64,000 nt of DNA from positions 256,001 to 320,000 of the forward strand of contig CAWHHI010000004.1 of NCBI GenBank assembly GCA_963829055.1. Reading direction: 5' to 3'. This DNA is from an uncultured Gemmatimonadaceae bacterium. Its GTDB lineage: Bacteria > Gemmatimonadota > Gemmatimonadetes > Gemmatimonadales > Gemmatimonadaceae. The notes under the pieces are model-generated. The model made no database searches. It was not told the origin of the DNA and was given only the letters and a program-made list of their open reading frames with translations. The translations under genes were made by a program, and so were the position numbers. Positions within the stretch are counted from its first letter, which is position 1; each line of letters begins with the position of its first letter. Below are positions 29,999-40,053 of this stretch, piece by piece.

Positions 29999-31828
29999 TC
30001 ACTTCATTTCCTCGATGACGGCCTTCAACTCCGCGGGCATCGGCGCGATCGGCACGCGCTCCAGCTGCATCGAGCCGTCGGCCGCCTTCCTGAGCGTGAT
30101 GTTGAACGTTCCGAACTGCGCATCCTTGTCCGGATAGTCCTCGCGGAAATGACCGCCGCGACTTTCCCGTCGCTCGATCGCCGCGCGCGCGACCGCTTCG
30201 GAGATGGTGAGCAGGTTGCGTAGATCGAGCGCCGTGTGCCACCCGGGGTTGTACTCGCGATTCCCCGGCACTGTGACACGCGCCGCCTGCTCCTCCATCT
30301 CCTTCACCTGCTCGAGCGCTCGCATCATCTCCGGCTCGCGGCGCACGATGCCGACGCCGTCCTGCATGATGCCCTGCAGCTTGTGCTGAATCTGATACGG
30401 TCCGTCCCCTGCGTTTCCATTGCCTGCGGCCGCTCGCTCGAACGGGGCGAGCGCGAAGCGCGCGGCGTCATCGACAGCGGCCTTGTCCACTTTCGCCGCG
30501 CCACGTTCCTGGGCGAACTTCGCCGCGTACTCGCCGGCGCGCTTGCCGAAGACCACGAGATCCGACAGTGAGTTGCCGCCGAGCCGGTTCGCGCCGTGCA
30601 GTCCAGCGGCACACTCGCCCGCGGCGAACAGCCCCGGGACTGAAGACATCTGCGAGTCGCCGTCGACGCGAATGCCGCCCATGACGTAGTGCGTGGTCGG
30701 GCCGACTTCCATCGGCGTCGTGGTGATGTCGATGTCCGCCAGCTGCTTGAACTGGTGATACATGCTCGGCAGCTTCTTCTTGATGTGCTCCGGCGCGTTA
30801 GGCATCCGGGCCTTGATCCACGAGATGTCGAGGAAGACGCCGCCGTGCGGGCTGCCGCGCCCTTCCTTCACCTCGCGCATGATGCACCGCGCGACGTGAT
30901 CTCGCGTGAGCAGCTCGGGCGGGCGACGCGCGTTCTTGTCGCCCTGCACGTAGCGCCAGCCCTCTTCCTCGTTGTCCGCCGTCTGCGACTTGTAGTTGTC
31001 GGGAATGTCGTCGAACATGAAACGACGGCCATTCTTGTTCGTGAGGACCCCGCCTTCGCCGCGCACGCCTTCCGTCACGAGAATGCCCTTCACGCTCGGC
31101 GGCCAGACCATGCCCGTGGGATGGAACTGCACGAACTCCATGTCCTGCAGGACGGCGCCCGCGTGATACGCGAGCGAATGACCGTCGGCCGTGTACTCCC
31201 AGCTGTTGCTGGTGATGCTGTAGGCGCGACCGATGCCGCCGGTCGCGAGCACGACCGCCTTCGCGCGGAAGACGCGGAAGCGTCCGCGCTCACGATCGTA
31301 CGCGAACGCGCCGCTCACGCGTTCGCCGTCCTTGAACAACGTGACGACGGTGGACTCCATGTGCACATCGATGCCGCGATGGATGGCGTGATCCTGTAGC
31401 GTGCGGATCATCTCCAGTCCCGTTCTGTCGCCGACGTGCGCGAGTCGCGGATAACGATGGCCACCGAAGTTCCGCTGCAGGATGCGTCCGTCGGGCGTGC
31501 GATCGAACAGCGCGCCCCACGCCTCGAGCTCGCGCACGCGATCCGCCGCTTCCTTCGCGTGCAGCTCGGCCATCCGCCAGTTGTTGACGTACTGACCGCC
31601 ACGCATGGTGTCGGCGAAGTGGACGCGCCAGTTGTCGCGATCGTCCACGTTGCCGAGTGACGCGGCCATGCCGCCCTCGGCCATGACGGTGTGCGCTTTG
31701 CCGAGCAGCGACTTGCACACGAGCCCGACCTTCACACCGCCTTCTGCGGCGGCGATGGCGGCGCGCAGTCCTGCCCCGCCGGCGCCGATGACAAGAACAT
31801 CGTGATCTATGGATTCGTAGTCAGGCAT
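29999..31828 (-). CDS. sdhA: Succinate dehydrogenase/fumarate reductase flavoprotein
   Basis: GAGGAGLRAA, AHTVMAEGG, QFHPTG, TEGVRGEGG, HGANRLGGNSL, RESRGGHFR. Confidence 0.96.
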   Translation of the reverse strand: MPDYESIDHDVLVIGAGGAGLRAAIAAAEGGVKVGLVCKSLLGKAHTVMAEGGMAASLGNVDDRDNWRVHFADTMRGGQYVNNWRMAELHAKEAADRVRELEAWGALFDRTPDGRILQRNFGGHRYPRLAHVGDRTGLEMIRTLQDHAIHRGIDVHMESTVVTLFKDGERVSGAFAYDRERGRFRVFRAKAVVLATGGIGRAYSITSNSWEYTADGHSLAYHAGAVLQDMEFVQFHPTGMVWPPSVKGILVTEGVRGEGGVLTNKNGRRFMFDDIPDNYKSQTADNEEEGWRYVQGDKNARRPPELLTRDHVARCIMREVKEGRGSPHGGVFLDISWIKARMPNAPEHIKKKLPSMYHQFKQLADIDITTTPMEVGPTTHYVMGGIRVDGDSQMSSVPGLFAAGECAAGLHGANRLGGNSLSDLVVFGKRAGEYAAKFAQERGAAKVDKAAVDDAARFALAPFERAAAGNGNAGDGPYQIQHKLQGIMQDGVGIVRREPEMMRALEQVKEMEEQAARVTVPGNREYNPGWHTALDLRNLLTISEAVARAAIERRESRGGHFREDYPDKDAQFGTFNITLRKAADGSMQLERVPIAPMPAELKAVIEEMK

Positions 31829-31851
31829 GCATTCCGAAAGAAGGGCAGGCT

Positions 31852-31948
31852 TGTTGCTGGGTGGTCGTGCTGGTTGCTGGGTGTTGCTGGATGCGGCTGG
31901 TCACTCAGCGTCACCCAGCTACAAGCACGACCACCCAGCCACCAGCTC
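31852..31948. repeat. Imperfect hairpin of GCTGG/CCAGC short repeats within the sdh operon
   Basis: gctgggtggtcgtgctggttgctgggtg ... cacccagctacaagcacgaccacccagc. Confidence 0.6.
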
Positions 31949-31971
31949 GTAGTTGCGAGAGTGCTTGCGGC

Positions 31972-32775
31972 TCAGATGATCCTGATGTCGCTCCAGATTC
32001 CCATGGAGCACAACCGGATGTACACGTCGCAAAACGCGACCGAGAAGAGGCTCATCCACGCGAACCGCATGTGCCGCTTGTTGAGCGCCGTGCAGCCGGC
32101 GTAGAGACGTTGACGTACCGGTCGCCCCGCGAGACGGTCGAGGTAGCCGCCGATCACGTGCCGGAAGGAGTGGCAGCCTAACGTGTAGCTCGAGAGCAGC
32201 ACCACGTTCACAGCGAGCAGAATCGTCCCGAGCCCGATGCCGAAGTGCCTCTGGCCGGTGGTCGGATCAATGAACCACATCGCCTTCCAGACATCCCACG
32301 CGAGCAGGAAGAGGAACACGACCGCGACGTACAGGAAGTAGCGGTGGACGTTCTGGATGATCAGCGGGAACGAGCTCTCGCCGCGGTACGACTTGCGCGG
32401 CTCGCCCACTGAACATGACGGCGGATCCGCCCAGAACGCCTTGTAGTACGCGCCCCGGTAGTAGTAGCACGTGAAGCGAAACAGTCCGGGAAATGGCAGG
32501 ATCAGCAAGGCGGGCGAGAATGGAGCCCAGCCCGGCCACCAGCCCGGCTTCGGACCGAACCACGCGTGCGGCGAGTCGCCGAACAGTTCCGGCGCGTAAA
32601 ACGGCGAGAGGTACGGGCCGTACGTGTAATGCCCATTCTGAAACGCGGCCCATGTTGCGTAGACCACGAACGACGACAGGATCACGAAGACGACCACCGG
32701 TTGAACCCACCACGCGTCGCGGCGAGCGGTCTCGCCAAAGCCACGCTGGATTACCGGCAGCTGCGCATGCGCCAT
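31972..32775 (-). CDS. Single membrane-anchor subunit of Sdh1-like succinate dehydrogenase
   Basis: YLSPFY, FRFTCYYYRGAYYKAFW.DPP.C, QNVHRYF, YTLGCHSFRH; upstream of sdhA. Confidence 0.85.
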   Translation of the reverse strand: MAHAQLPVIQRGFGETARRDAWWVQPVVVFVILSSFVVYATWAAFQNGHYTYGPYLSPFYAPELFGDSPHAWFGPKPGWWPGWAPFSPALLILPFPGLFRFTCYYYRGAYYKAFWADPPSCSVGEPRKSYRGESSFPLIIQNVHRYFLYVAVVFLFLLAWDVWKAMWFIDPTTGQRHFGIGLGTILLAVNVVLLSSYTLGCHSFRHVIGGYLDRLAGRPVRQRLYAGCTALNKRHMRFAWMSLFSVAFCDVYIRLCSMGIWSDIRII

Positions 32776-33012
32776 CAGACTCTCCCTGATCGAGCTCACG
32801 AACTCGGCGGCTGCACCGCCCGGACGCGCGGCGCCCTGCCGCGCGTTCCGCGCATATTCACGCTCTCACCGCAACGGCTGTCAATGGCCGTCGTGGACTC
32901 GTTCCGGGGCTGTGAAAGGCGAAGAAAAGTCAGGATGTACGGGTTGGGCCCGAGGGTATCCGGCATCGCGACCCACACCCACGGTTTCAGTACCGAGGGG
33001 TCAGTCGGGAGG

Positions 33013-33163
33013 TGTCATTCCGAGCGGAGCCGCGAAGCGGCGCAGTCGAGGAATCGCGATCGTCCCGGTAGAGAGCCGTCTACGAGCGGGAGTCTCGATT
33101 CCTCGACTCGCGGCCCTTCGCTCGCTCGGAATGACACGGCTTCGCGGCTCCGCTCGGAATGAC
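33013..33163. repeat. REP-like element, subfamily B, with duplicated right end
   Basis: tgtcattccgagcg...ctcggaatgaca (33136), then a second cgctcggaatgac ending 33163. Confidence 0.85.
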
Positions 33164-33164
33164 G

Positions 33165-33261
33165 GCTTGGCGCCAAGCCCGCGGATACGCGGACTGAAAA
33201 TTGATGACTATGACTGAGCACTGACCCACTTGGAACCGGCCATGCCGCCGCCGGATGGCCG
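33165..33261. repeat. Left arm of ~97-bp imperfect inverted repeat
   Basis: gcggatacgcggactgaaaattgatgact...actgacccacttggaaccggcca matches the reverse complement of 33850-33947. Confidence 0.75.
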
Positions 33262-33366
33262 TGCCTCTGGCGCTTTGGCGTCCACGCTGGAGATTGGGCG
33301 CGAGCCACGAGGCCCGGATTGTGCGGCGACGCGACTCGCGGAACCCTCACGTTGGAGAACAGATCA

Positions 33367-33799
33367 ATGCGTGGGCGAAACTCCCTGGCGTTAGGTGTCG
33401 CCGTCGCCCTGGCGATGGGGTGTGCAGCGTCGAAGACGGCGACGCCGTCTACCGATCCAGAGGTGATCACGGCCGACCAGATCGCGCGGTCGAAGGCGAC
33501 CAACGCCTATGACGTCATCGCCACGATCCGCCCGCAGAATGTTCACCGCCCACGGTGCCCCGACGACGCGCGGTCAGCAAGCACCCACACCGGGCCGTCA
33601 GACGGCTCCGGTGGTGGTGTACATTGACAATGTGAGGGTCGGCGCCGTGCAGGAGCTCAAGGCGTTAGGCAAGATCGACGTGCGTGAGATCCGCTACCTG
33701 AGCCCTCGCGTCGCGACTGACCGGTGGGGAGAGAACCATGCCGGCGGGGTCATCTACGTGACGACCCTCCAGGCGGGTGGGCCAGATACGACGAATTAG
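33367..33799 (+). CDS. Small lipoprotein with TonB-receptor plug-like domain (frameshift near 33537)
   Basis: Lipobox-like ALAMGC; VITADQI...NAYDVIATIRP; PVVVYIDNV...VREIRYLS...ATDRWG...GGVIYVTT. Confidence 0.7.
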
Positions 33800-33849
33800 A
33801 TACGACGAATTCGTCTGGCCTGTTCACCGGCTGCTTGCTGCATCCAGAA

Positions 33850-33947
33850 CGGCATCCGGCAGGGCCTGGCCAGTACCAAGTGCGTCAGTCGCTCAGTACG
33901 AGTCATCAGGTTTCAGTCCCCGTATCCGCCGGCTCCGGCTGCCGAGC
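33850..33947. repeat. Right arm of ~97-bp imperfect inverted repeat
   Basis: tggccagtaccaagtgcgtcagtcgctcagt...agtcatcaggtttcagtccccgtatccgc. Confidence 0.75.
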
Positions 33948-34136
33948 GCTCGAGAGGCGAACCGCCGGTCCGCCGCGGCTCGGAGCGTACTACCTACCGA
34001 CAGACTCCGACTGAGAACCGATGACAAATGACTGACCCTCGGTACTCAGTGACCGATGGTGTCGGTCGCGATGCCAGGTACCCTCGGGGAATTTACAGGA
34101 TCTTACGACTGCGACAGCAGCTCGACTCGAAACACG

Positions 34137-35636
34137 TTAGGCCATCGCCGCCAGTCGTCGGGCGTCCCACCGCGCCATCTCGTCGCAGGCATCGCAGTTC
34201 CCGCACTCCCAGTCCGGCGCGAACTCCTCCCCGAAGTACTCGAGGATGTAGCGCGTGCGACAGTTCGCCGTCTGACAGAAGGCGATGATCGACCGGAGCT
34301 TCGACTGATCACGCGCCCGGCGTTCCTCGTAGTCCATGAGGTCCGCGCTCAGGTCGCACGCCACGAGATTGTTGCGCAGTCGCTCCCACCGACCGCCCCG
34401 ATGCTCGCGCACCAGGCCGTGCCGCTTGAGCAGCACCATCACGATGCGCGCCTTGCGATGCGGCACCCCTGACTGGTTCGCGAGATCATCGACGTGCACC
34501 GGCGTCTCGAGCGGCATCGCCTCGAGCACGAGCGCGACACGCGCCGCCTCTTCGACCTCCGGATACTTGCCGCCGAGGAAGTACGACTGGATGCGACGGT
34601 CCTCGACGCGGTAGAGCACCGTGCACACCGCCGGCAATCCGTCTCGGCCGGCACGTCCCGCCTCCTGATAGTACGACTCGACCGAGCCCGGGAAGTGGTA
34701 GTGCACGACGAAGCGAAGGTCCTGCTTGTCGATGCCTAACCCGAACGCGTTCGTCGCGATCATTGCCTTGAGGTCGCCGGCCATGAAGCGATCCTGCGTG
34801 CTGCGACGATCGGCAGCCGGCATCTTTCCGTGATAGAGCCCGATGCGATAGTCGTGACGCAGCTCTTCGTAGAGCCGCTCCGCTTCTCGAATCGTCGCGA
34901 GGTAGATGACGCCCGATCCCTCGGTCTCATCGAGAATGCGATGGAGCGCTTCATCCTTCACCGCATTGTTCACCGCGCGCACGACCTCGAAGCGCAGGTT
35001 CGGTCGCGCGAAGCCCGTCACCGTGATGTACGGATCGCGCATGCCGAGCTGCCGCGCGATGTCCGCACGAACTTCTTCCGTCGCCGTCGCCGTGAGCGCC
35101 AGAATCGGCGGCCGTCCGAGCCGCTGCGCGATGGAGCCCAGCGTTAGGAAATCAGGTCGGAAGTCGTGCCCCCACTGACTCACGCAGTGCGCTTCGTCGA
35201 TGACGAACAGGCTCACCGTCCGCGTCAGCAGTCGCTCGAAGAAGTCGCGGTCCTTGAAGCGCTCGGGCGTGACGTAGAGGATCGAGCCTTCTCCGTCCTC
35301 GATCTGTCTGTGCGTCTCGCGCGTCGCTGGTCCGGACAAATGCGAGTGCATGGCCATCGCGTCGACGCCCACCGCGCTCAACTTGTCCTGTTGATCCTTC
35401 ATCAGGGCGATCAACGGGCTCACGACGACCGTGAGCCCCGGTAGCATCAGCGCTGGCAGTTGGTAGATGAGGGATTTGCCGCTGCCGGTCGGCATGACGA
35501 CCACCGCGTCGCGCCCGTCGAGCAGCGCTTCCATCGGCTCCCACTGGCCGGGCTGGAACTCAGCGTGCCCGAAACGCTGCGTGAGGATCTCACGCGCGCG
35601 TCGCAGGGACGCGTGCTTTGTAGCATGCTTCGACAT
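34137..35636 (-). CDS. recQ: RecQ-family ATP-dependent DNA helicase (short form, no HRDC seen)
   Basis: [47 protein letters not shown]...CGNCDAC. Confidence 0.94.
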   Translation of the reverse strand: MSKHATKHASLRRAREILTQRFGHAEFQPGQWEPMEALLDGRDAVVVMPTGSGKSLIYQLPALMLPGLTVVVSPLIALMKDQQDKLSAVGVDAMAMHSHLSGPATRETHRQIEDGEGSILYVTPERFKDRDFFERLLTRTVSLFVIDEAHCVSQWGHDFRPDFLTLGSIAQRLGRPPILALTATATEEVRADIARQLGMRDPYITVTGFARPNLRFEVVRAVNNAVKDEALHRILDETEGSGVIYLATIREAERLYEELRHDYRIGLYHGKMPAADRRSTQDRFMAGDLKAMIATNAFGLGIDKQDLRFVVHYHFPGSVESYYQEAGRAGRDGLPAVCTVLYRVEDRRIQSYFLGGKYPEVEEAARVALVLEAMPLETPVHVDDLANQSGVPHRKARIVMVLLKRHGLVREHRGGRWERLRNNLVACDLSADLMDYEERRARDQSKLRSIIAFCQTANCRTRYILEYFGEEFAPDWECGNCDACDEMARWDARRLAAMA

Positions 35637-35775
35637 AACGCTTGGTCGGTGGCACTTTCCGTTCCGCGCGTAACCCGCCCGCCTTTGTAGTCGAGCTCCC
35701 TCGCATTCGATACCAACTGGCGCCCCCTTTGCATTGCCTGCGTGCTCTCGAACGTTCTCGCTCGGAGGCTAAAGC

Positions 35776-35994
35776 ATGGCGGAGATCAAGGTCGAGCCGA
35801 AACGCGGCGGACTCGGATGGTTGTGGGCGATCATCGTGATCGCGCTGATCGCGGCGGCGGTCTGGTACTTCATGAACAACTCGCGGACAGTACCCGTGAC
35901 GACGCCGGCGGATTCCGTGCGGACGTCGATGCTCGACCAACCTACCCGCGTCGGGACGACGCGCCTCCTCACCAACGTCTTCGCGAGGGCGTGA
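35776..35994 (+). CDS. Small single-pass membrane protein
   Basis: GGAGG RBS; MAEIKVEPKR followed by TM WLWAIIVIALIAAAVWYF. Confidence 0.75.
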   Translation: MAEIKVEPKRGGLGWLWAIIVIALIAAAVWYFMNNSRTVPVTTPADSVRTSMLDQPTRVGTTRLLTNVFARA

Positions 35995-35997
35995 GCC

Positions 35998-36896
35998 ATG
36001 GCTGATCGAAAGAAGACGAATCGCAGCGTGAATCGCGGCATGCGCGACGAAGCCGGCGTCGGGCCGAATCCGGCCGACGCCCGCCGGCTCGTTCGTTTGA
36101 AGGAGCTCGATGACTACAAGGTCGCCGAAGGCGAGCCCGATATCCGCGGCTGGAACGTCTACACGGCGACCGGCCGCGAGCTCGGCGACATCGATGACCT
36201 CCTCGTGGACACCGAGCTCGGCGAAGTGGTGATGGTCGACGTCGATCTCAAGCGCGACGACCGCCACACGCTCGCGCCCATCAAGGCCGCATGGATCGAC
36301 CGCGACAATCGTCGCGTCGTGCTCAACACCTCGATGTTCGACGTCGATGACGCGATCCCAGCGCTCAGCCGACGTAACGAGCCGATCGAGAGCGAGTCCG
36401 TGCGACACTTCAATGAACGCTACGAGCGCGCCTACGGTGCCGACGGCTGGGATCGCGATCGCGACATCACGATTCGTCACGCGAACGACGACTTCCGTAT
36501 CTCGCGATCGGCACCCCCACCGCCAATCACGAGAGATCGCCCAGTCGACGTCACGCCGAGTCGCACCGCGGATACGCTCGAGCGCGCTGGCGACCGGACT
36601 GGCGCAGCGGTGGAGCGCGGTACCGAGCGAGTCGCCGATACGCATCCGCGGTCGCGACTTCGACCACGACCTGAGTCGTCGTGCGGAAGGCGACCTGCAG
36701 CCGGAGCGACGCCGCTTCGTTCGCTACGGGCCGTCTCGCGAACGCATCGTCGACGAGTGTCGTGGGGGGCCAACGACGCACCGACGCTGCCGACCTTTCA
36801 CCGGCCGAGACGGAGCGACTCCGCCAGGTGCAGGGTGATCTCACGACCGACGCGCGGGATACGCTCGTTCGGCCACCGAACGAGGAACGACGGTAA
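35998..36896 (+). CDS. PRC-barrel domain protein (frameshifted C-terminal half)
   Basis: YKVAEGEPDIRGWNVY...ELGDIDDLLVD. Confidence 0.8.
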
Positions 36897-36929
36897 CTCC
36901 CACTCCTGCGCACACTCCCATCGCTGGCG

Positions 36930-37650
36930 ATGGGAGCCACGCCTGGCGACGCGCGATCCTTCTCAGCGTCGCCGGGCTACTCCTGGCCGGCGCCATCGGC
37001 GCCATCTTCGCGCTCTGGGTCCAGTCGAGTGGGGACTGGCGTGTCGGCTTACCATGGGAGCGAGCGCTGCTCCTCAAAATCGACCGCTCGGTTCCGACCG
37101 CGGTCGACTGGGTGATGCTCGCGCTCCCGTGGCTCGGGACCAATCTCACGCTGCTCCCGATCACGGCGGTTGTCGCGCTGTGGCTCTGGCGAAAGAAGAA
37201 TCGCGGCGATCTCGCGCTCCATCTGATGGTCACTGTGATTGGCAGCCTCATCCTGAACGCGGTATTGAAGGACGTCGTTCAACAGGCCACGCCCGGAGCT
37301 CTGGCCGCACCGCGGACAGTACCAGTGGGCGGCGTTTCCGAGCGGCCACGCGATTGCGGGGATCGCGGTGTACTTCACGGGCGCTCGGATGCTCTATCAG
37401 GCTCGCGGGTGGCGATGGCCGTTCGTGCGTCGCCACTACGCTGCTCATGGTGAACCTGTATTCGCGACTGTACCTCGGCGTACACTGGCCGACGGACGTG
37501 CTTGGCGGGATCATCTGCTCGGAGTCGTCATGGCTCGGTCGCCACGCTGTACGCGTTCGCGGCAGCTCGAGCGACAGTATGGAGCGTCGGACGCATCGAA
37601 ACTACCACGGGCCAATCCGACCGGCGTTCCGCGGCGTTCTTCATCAATAG
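36930..37650 (+). CDS. Membrane PAP2-family phosphatase (multiple frameshifts, ends approximate)
   Basis: Fragments LNAVLK..RPRP, AFPSGHA, SRLYLGVHWPTDVLGG in different frames. Confidence 0.75.
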
Positions 37651-37741
37651 AAGGGGCCGGAGCGTAGCCGTCGAGCGACGCGGGAACTCGCGGTCGGCCA
37701 AGTCGGTACATTGCGCACTAACTCCCAACCGCGCGGCAACC

Positions 37742-38666
37742 ATGCTCATCAAGAAACCCGACGATCTGCGATCGTCCGAGATCACGCCGGAGAACCTCTA
37801 CTACGATCGCCGCGAGTTCCTGCGCGCCGCCGGACTGCTCGGCATTGCGGCAGCGACCCTTGGTGCCGTCGAGTCGGCTCAATGCCGCCACGCAGAACGG
37901 GCAGGAAAAGGACGAGCTCACGCCGTTCGAAGACGTGACGACGTACAACAACTTCTACGAGTTCGGCACCGACAAGAGCGATCCGGCCGAGAACGCGAAG
38001 GGGTTCAAGACGAAGCCGTGGACCGTGAAGGTCGAAGGGCTGGTGAGCAAGCCCGCATCGTACAGCATCGAGGACTTCATCAAGCCGTCGAAGCTGCGAG
38101 GAGCGCGTCTATCGGCATCGCTGCGTCGAGGCATGGTCCATGGTGATCCCGTGGCAGGGCTTCCCGATGTCGGATCTCATCAACCGCGTGCAGCCGCTGT
38201 CGTCGGCGCAAGTTCATCGAGTTCCAGACGCTGAACGATCCGCAGCAGATGCCTGGGCAGCGGTCGCCAGTCCTGCCGTGGCCGTACACGGAAGGGTTGC
38301 GGCTCGACGAGGCAATGCATCCGCTCGCGATCTTCGCGGTCGGGACTCTACGGCAAGACGCTGTTGCCGCAGAACGGCGCGCCGCTCCGCACGGTGATTC
38401 CGTGGAAGTACGGATTCAAGGCGACGAAGTCGATCGTGCGCATCCGGTTCACGGACAAGCAGCCGCGCACGGCGTGGAATCAGGCGACGCCTAACGAGTA
38501 CGGGTTCTACGCCAACGTGAACCCCGAAGTCGATCACCCGCGCTGGAGTCAGGCCAAGGAGCGGCGCATCGGCGAGTTCCGGAAGCGTCCGACGCTCATG
38601 TTCAACGGATACGCCGATCAGGTGGGCCGACTCTACCAGGGGCTGGACCTCCGCAAGAACTATTGA
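37742..38666 (+). CDS. msrP: Protein-methionine-sulfoxide reductase catalytic subunit (frameshifted)
   Basis: [85 protein letters not shown]. Confidence 0.9.
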
Positions 38667-39445
38667 TGGCGATCTGTGGCGTGGTCTCCGCCGCGCTGGC
38701 TGCGGCCGGTCGTCTTCGTCGTCTGTCTCATTCCGGCCGCGTGGGTCGATCGTCGCGATCGCGTCCGACTTCTTCAGCGGCACGCGGCTGCTCGGGTCGA
38801 ACCCGATCAAGGAAGCGGAGCACTTCACCGGGCGGTGGGTGCTCCGCTTCCTCATGTTCACGCTCGCCGTGACGCCGATCCGCCAGACGCTCGGGTGGAA
38901 CTGGCTGCAGCGGTACCGTCGGATGCTCGGGCTGTTCGCGTTCGCCTACGCGACGCTGCACCTGTCGATCTATTTCTTTCTGGATCTGGAGCTGGCGTGG
39001 GGCGATCTCTGGGCCGACATCGTGAAGCGACCGTACATCACGATCGGGATGGCGGCGTTCGCGTTGCTCGTGCCGCTTGCGGTCACGTCCACGGCGAAGA
39101 TGGTAAAGCGGCTGGGCGGTAAGCGATGGGCGGCACTGCACCGGATCGATCTACGTGATCGTCGTGCTCGGCACGATCCACTTCTGGATGGCGGTGAAGC
39201 GCGACATCACCGCTCCGCTCATCTTCGCGGCGATCTTCGCCGTCTTGTTAGGCTATCGTGTGGTGAACTGGCGTCGTCGAAAGTTGGCTGCAGCCGCGCG
39301 CGATCAGAGCGGTGATCCTGAACCGGCAACGGCTATGCCGAGTCAGTCGCGCCGGTTCCCGCATCCCACGGCGATTCGCCAGTCCCAGCGTCAGGCGGCG
39401 TCGATCCGGCCGTTGCGCGACCCGTGCTTTCCGACTCCGAGCTGA
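38666..39445 (+). CDS. msrQ: Methionine-sulfoxide reductase heme-binding membrane subunit (frameshifted, end approximate)
   Basis: HFTGRW.LRFL..TLAVTP, RRMLGLFAFAYATLH, KRPYITIG, LAVTS, WAALHR, IHFWM. Confidence 0.88.
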
Positions 39446-39881
39446 ATCGCCGGAAACGTTCCGCTGATCTTCGCGGCTCCTCGCCGCATGAGCGACGAGA
39501 TGAGGATGAACGCCTCGGTCCACGCGCTTCGCACCTCCGGAGTGAACTTGTCGCCCAGCCCTTCCTCGAGCGTGCCCGATGAGCGCCGTGCCGACCTTCG
39601 CGTAGTGCTCATCCGTGACCCCGTACTTCGTGTGTCGCTCGCCGAGCTGCTTGAGCGCCGGAACCAGGCGTTCGGGGATGTCGAGCCACTGGACGATCAG
39701 GTCGAGCATCGTCGTGAGCTTGCGGATCTGCTGCATTCATGGACCGTTCCCGCGAACAAGGCTCGCAGGGTTCGGGTCGATCTCGAACAGCCGGCGATAG
39801 AAGATGGTGCCGACGATGCGGCATTCGGAGACAGCTGTCTTCCAGCTGTCGATCACGAGTTGTCTGCGTTCGGGATATCAT
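39391..39881 (-). CDS. Single-domain globin (frameshifted)
   Basis: IFYRRLFEIDP, QIRKL..ML, LKQLGERH.KYGV..EHY..VG.AL, LGDKFTPEV..AW. Confidence 0.82.
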
Positions 39882-40053
39882 TGGGTGCTCTATCGGTTCA
39901 GGCGTCGGCACGGTTCCGCGCTGCGCGCCGGAGTGACGTGCGCTGCGGGAAGTACGGTTCGACGACGACCAGTGCCGCTGCTCGTATTGCAGCGTCGTCG
40001 ACTGACAGCTAGTATAGCCCGCGCTATCACTCCGAAATCACCTCGCGAAGTCG

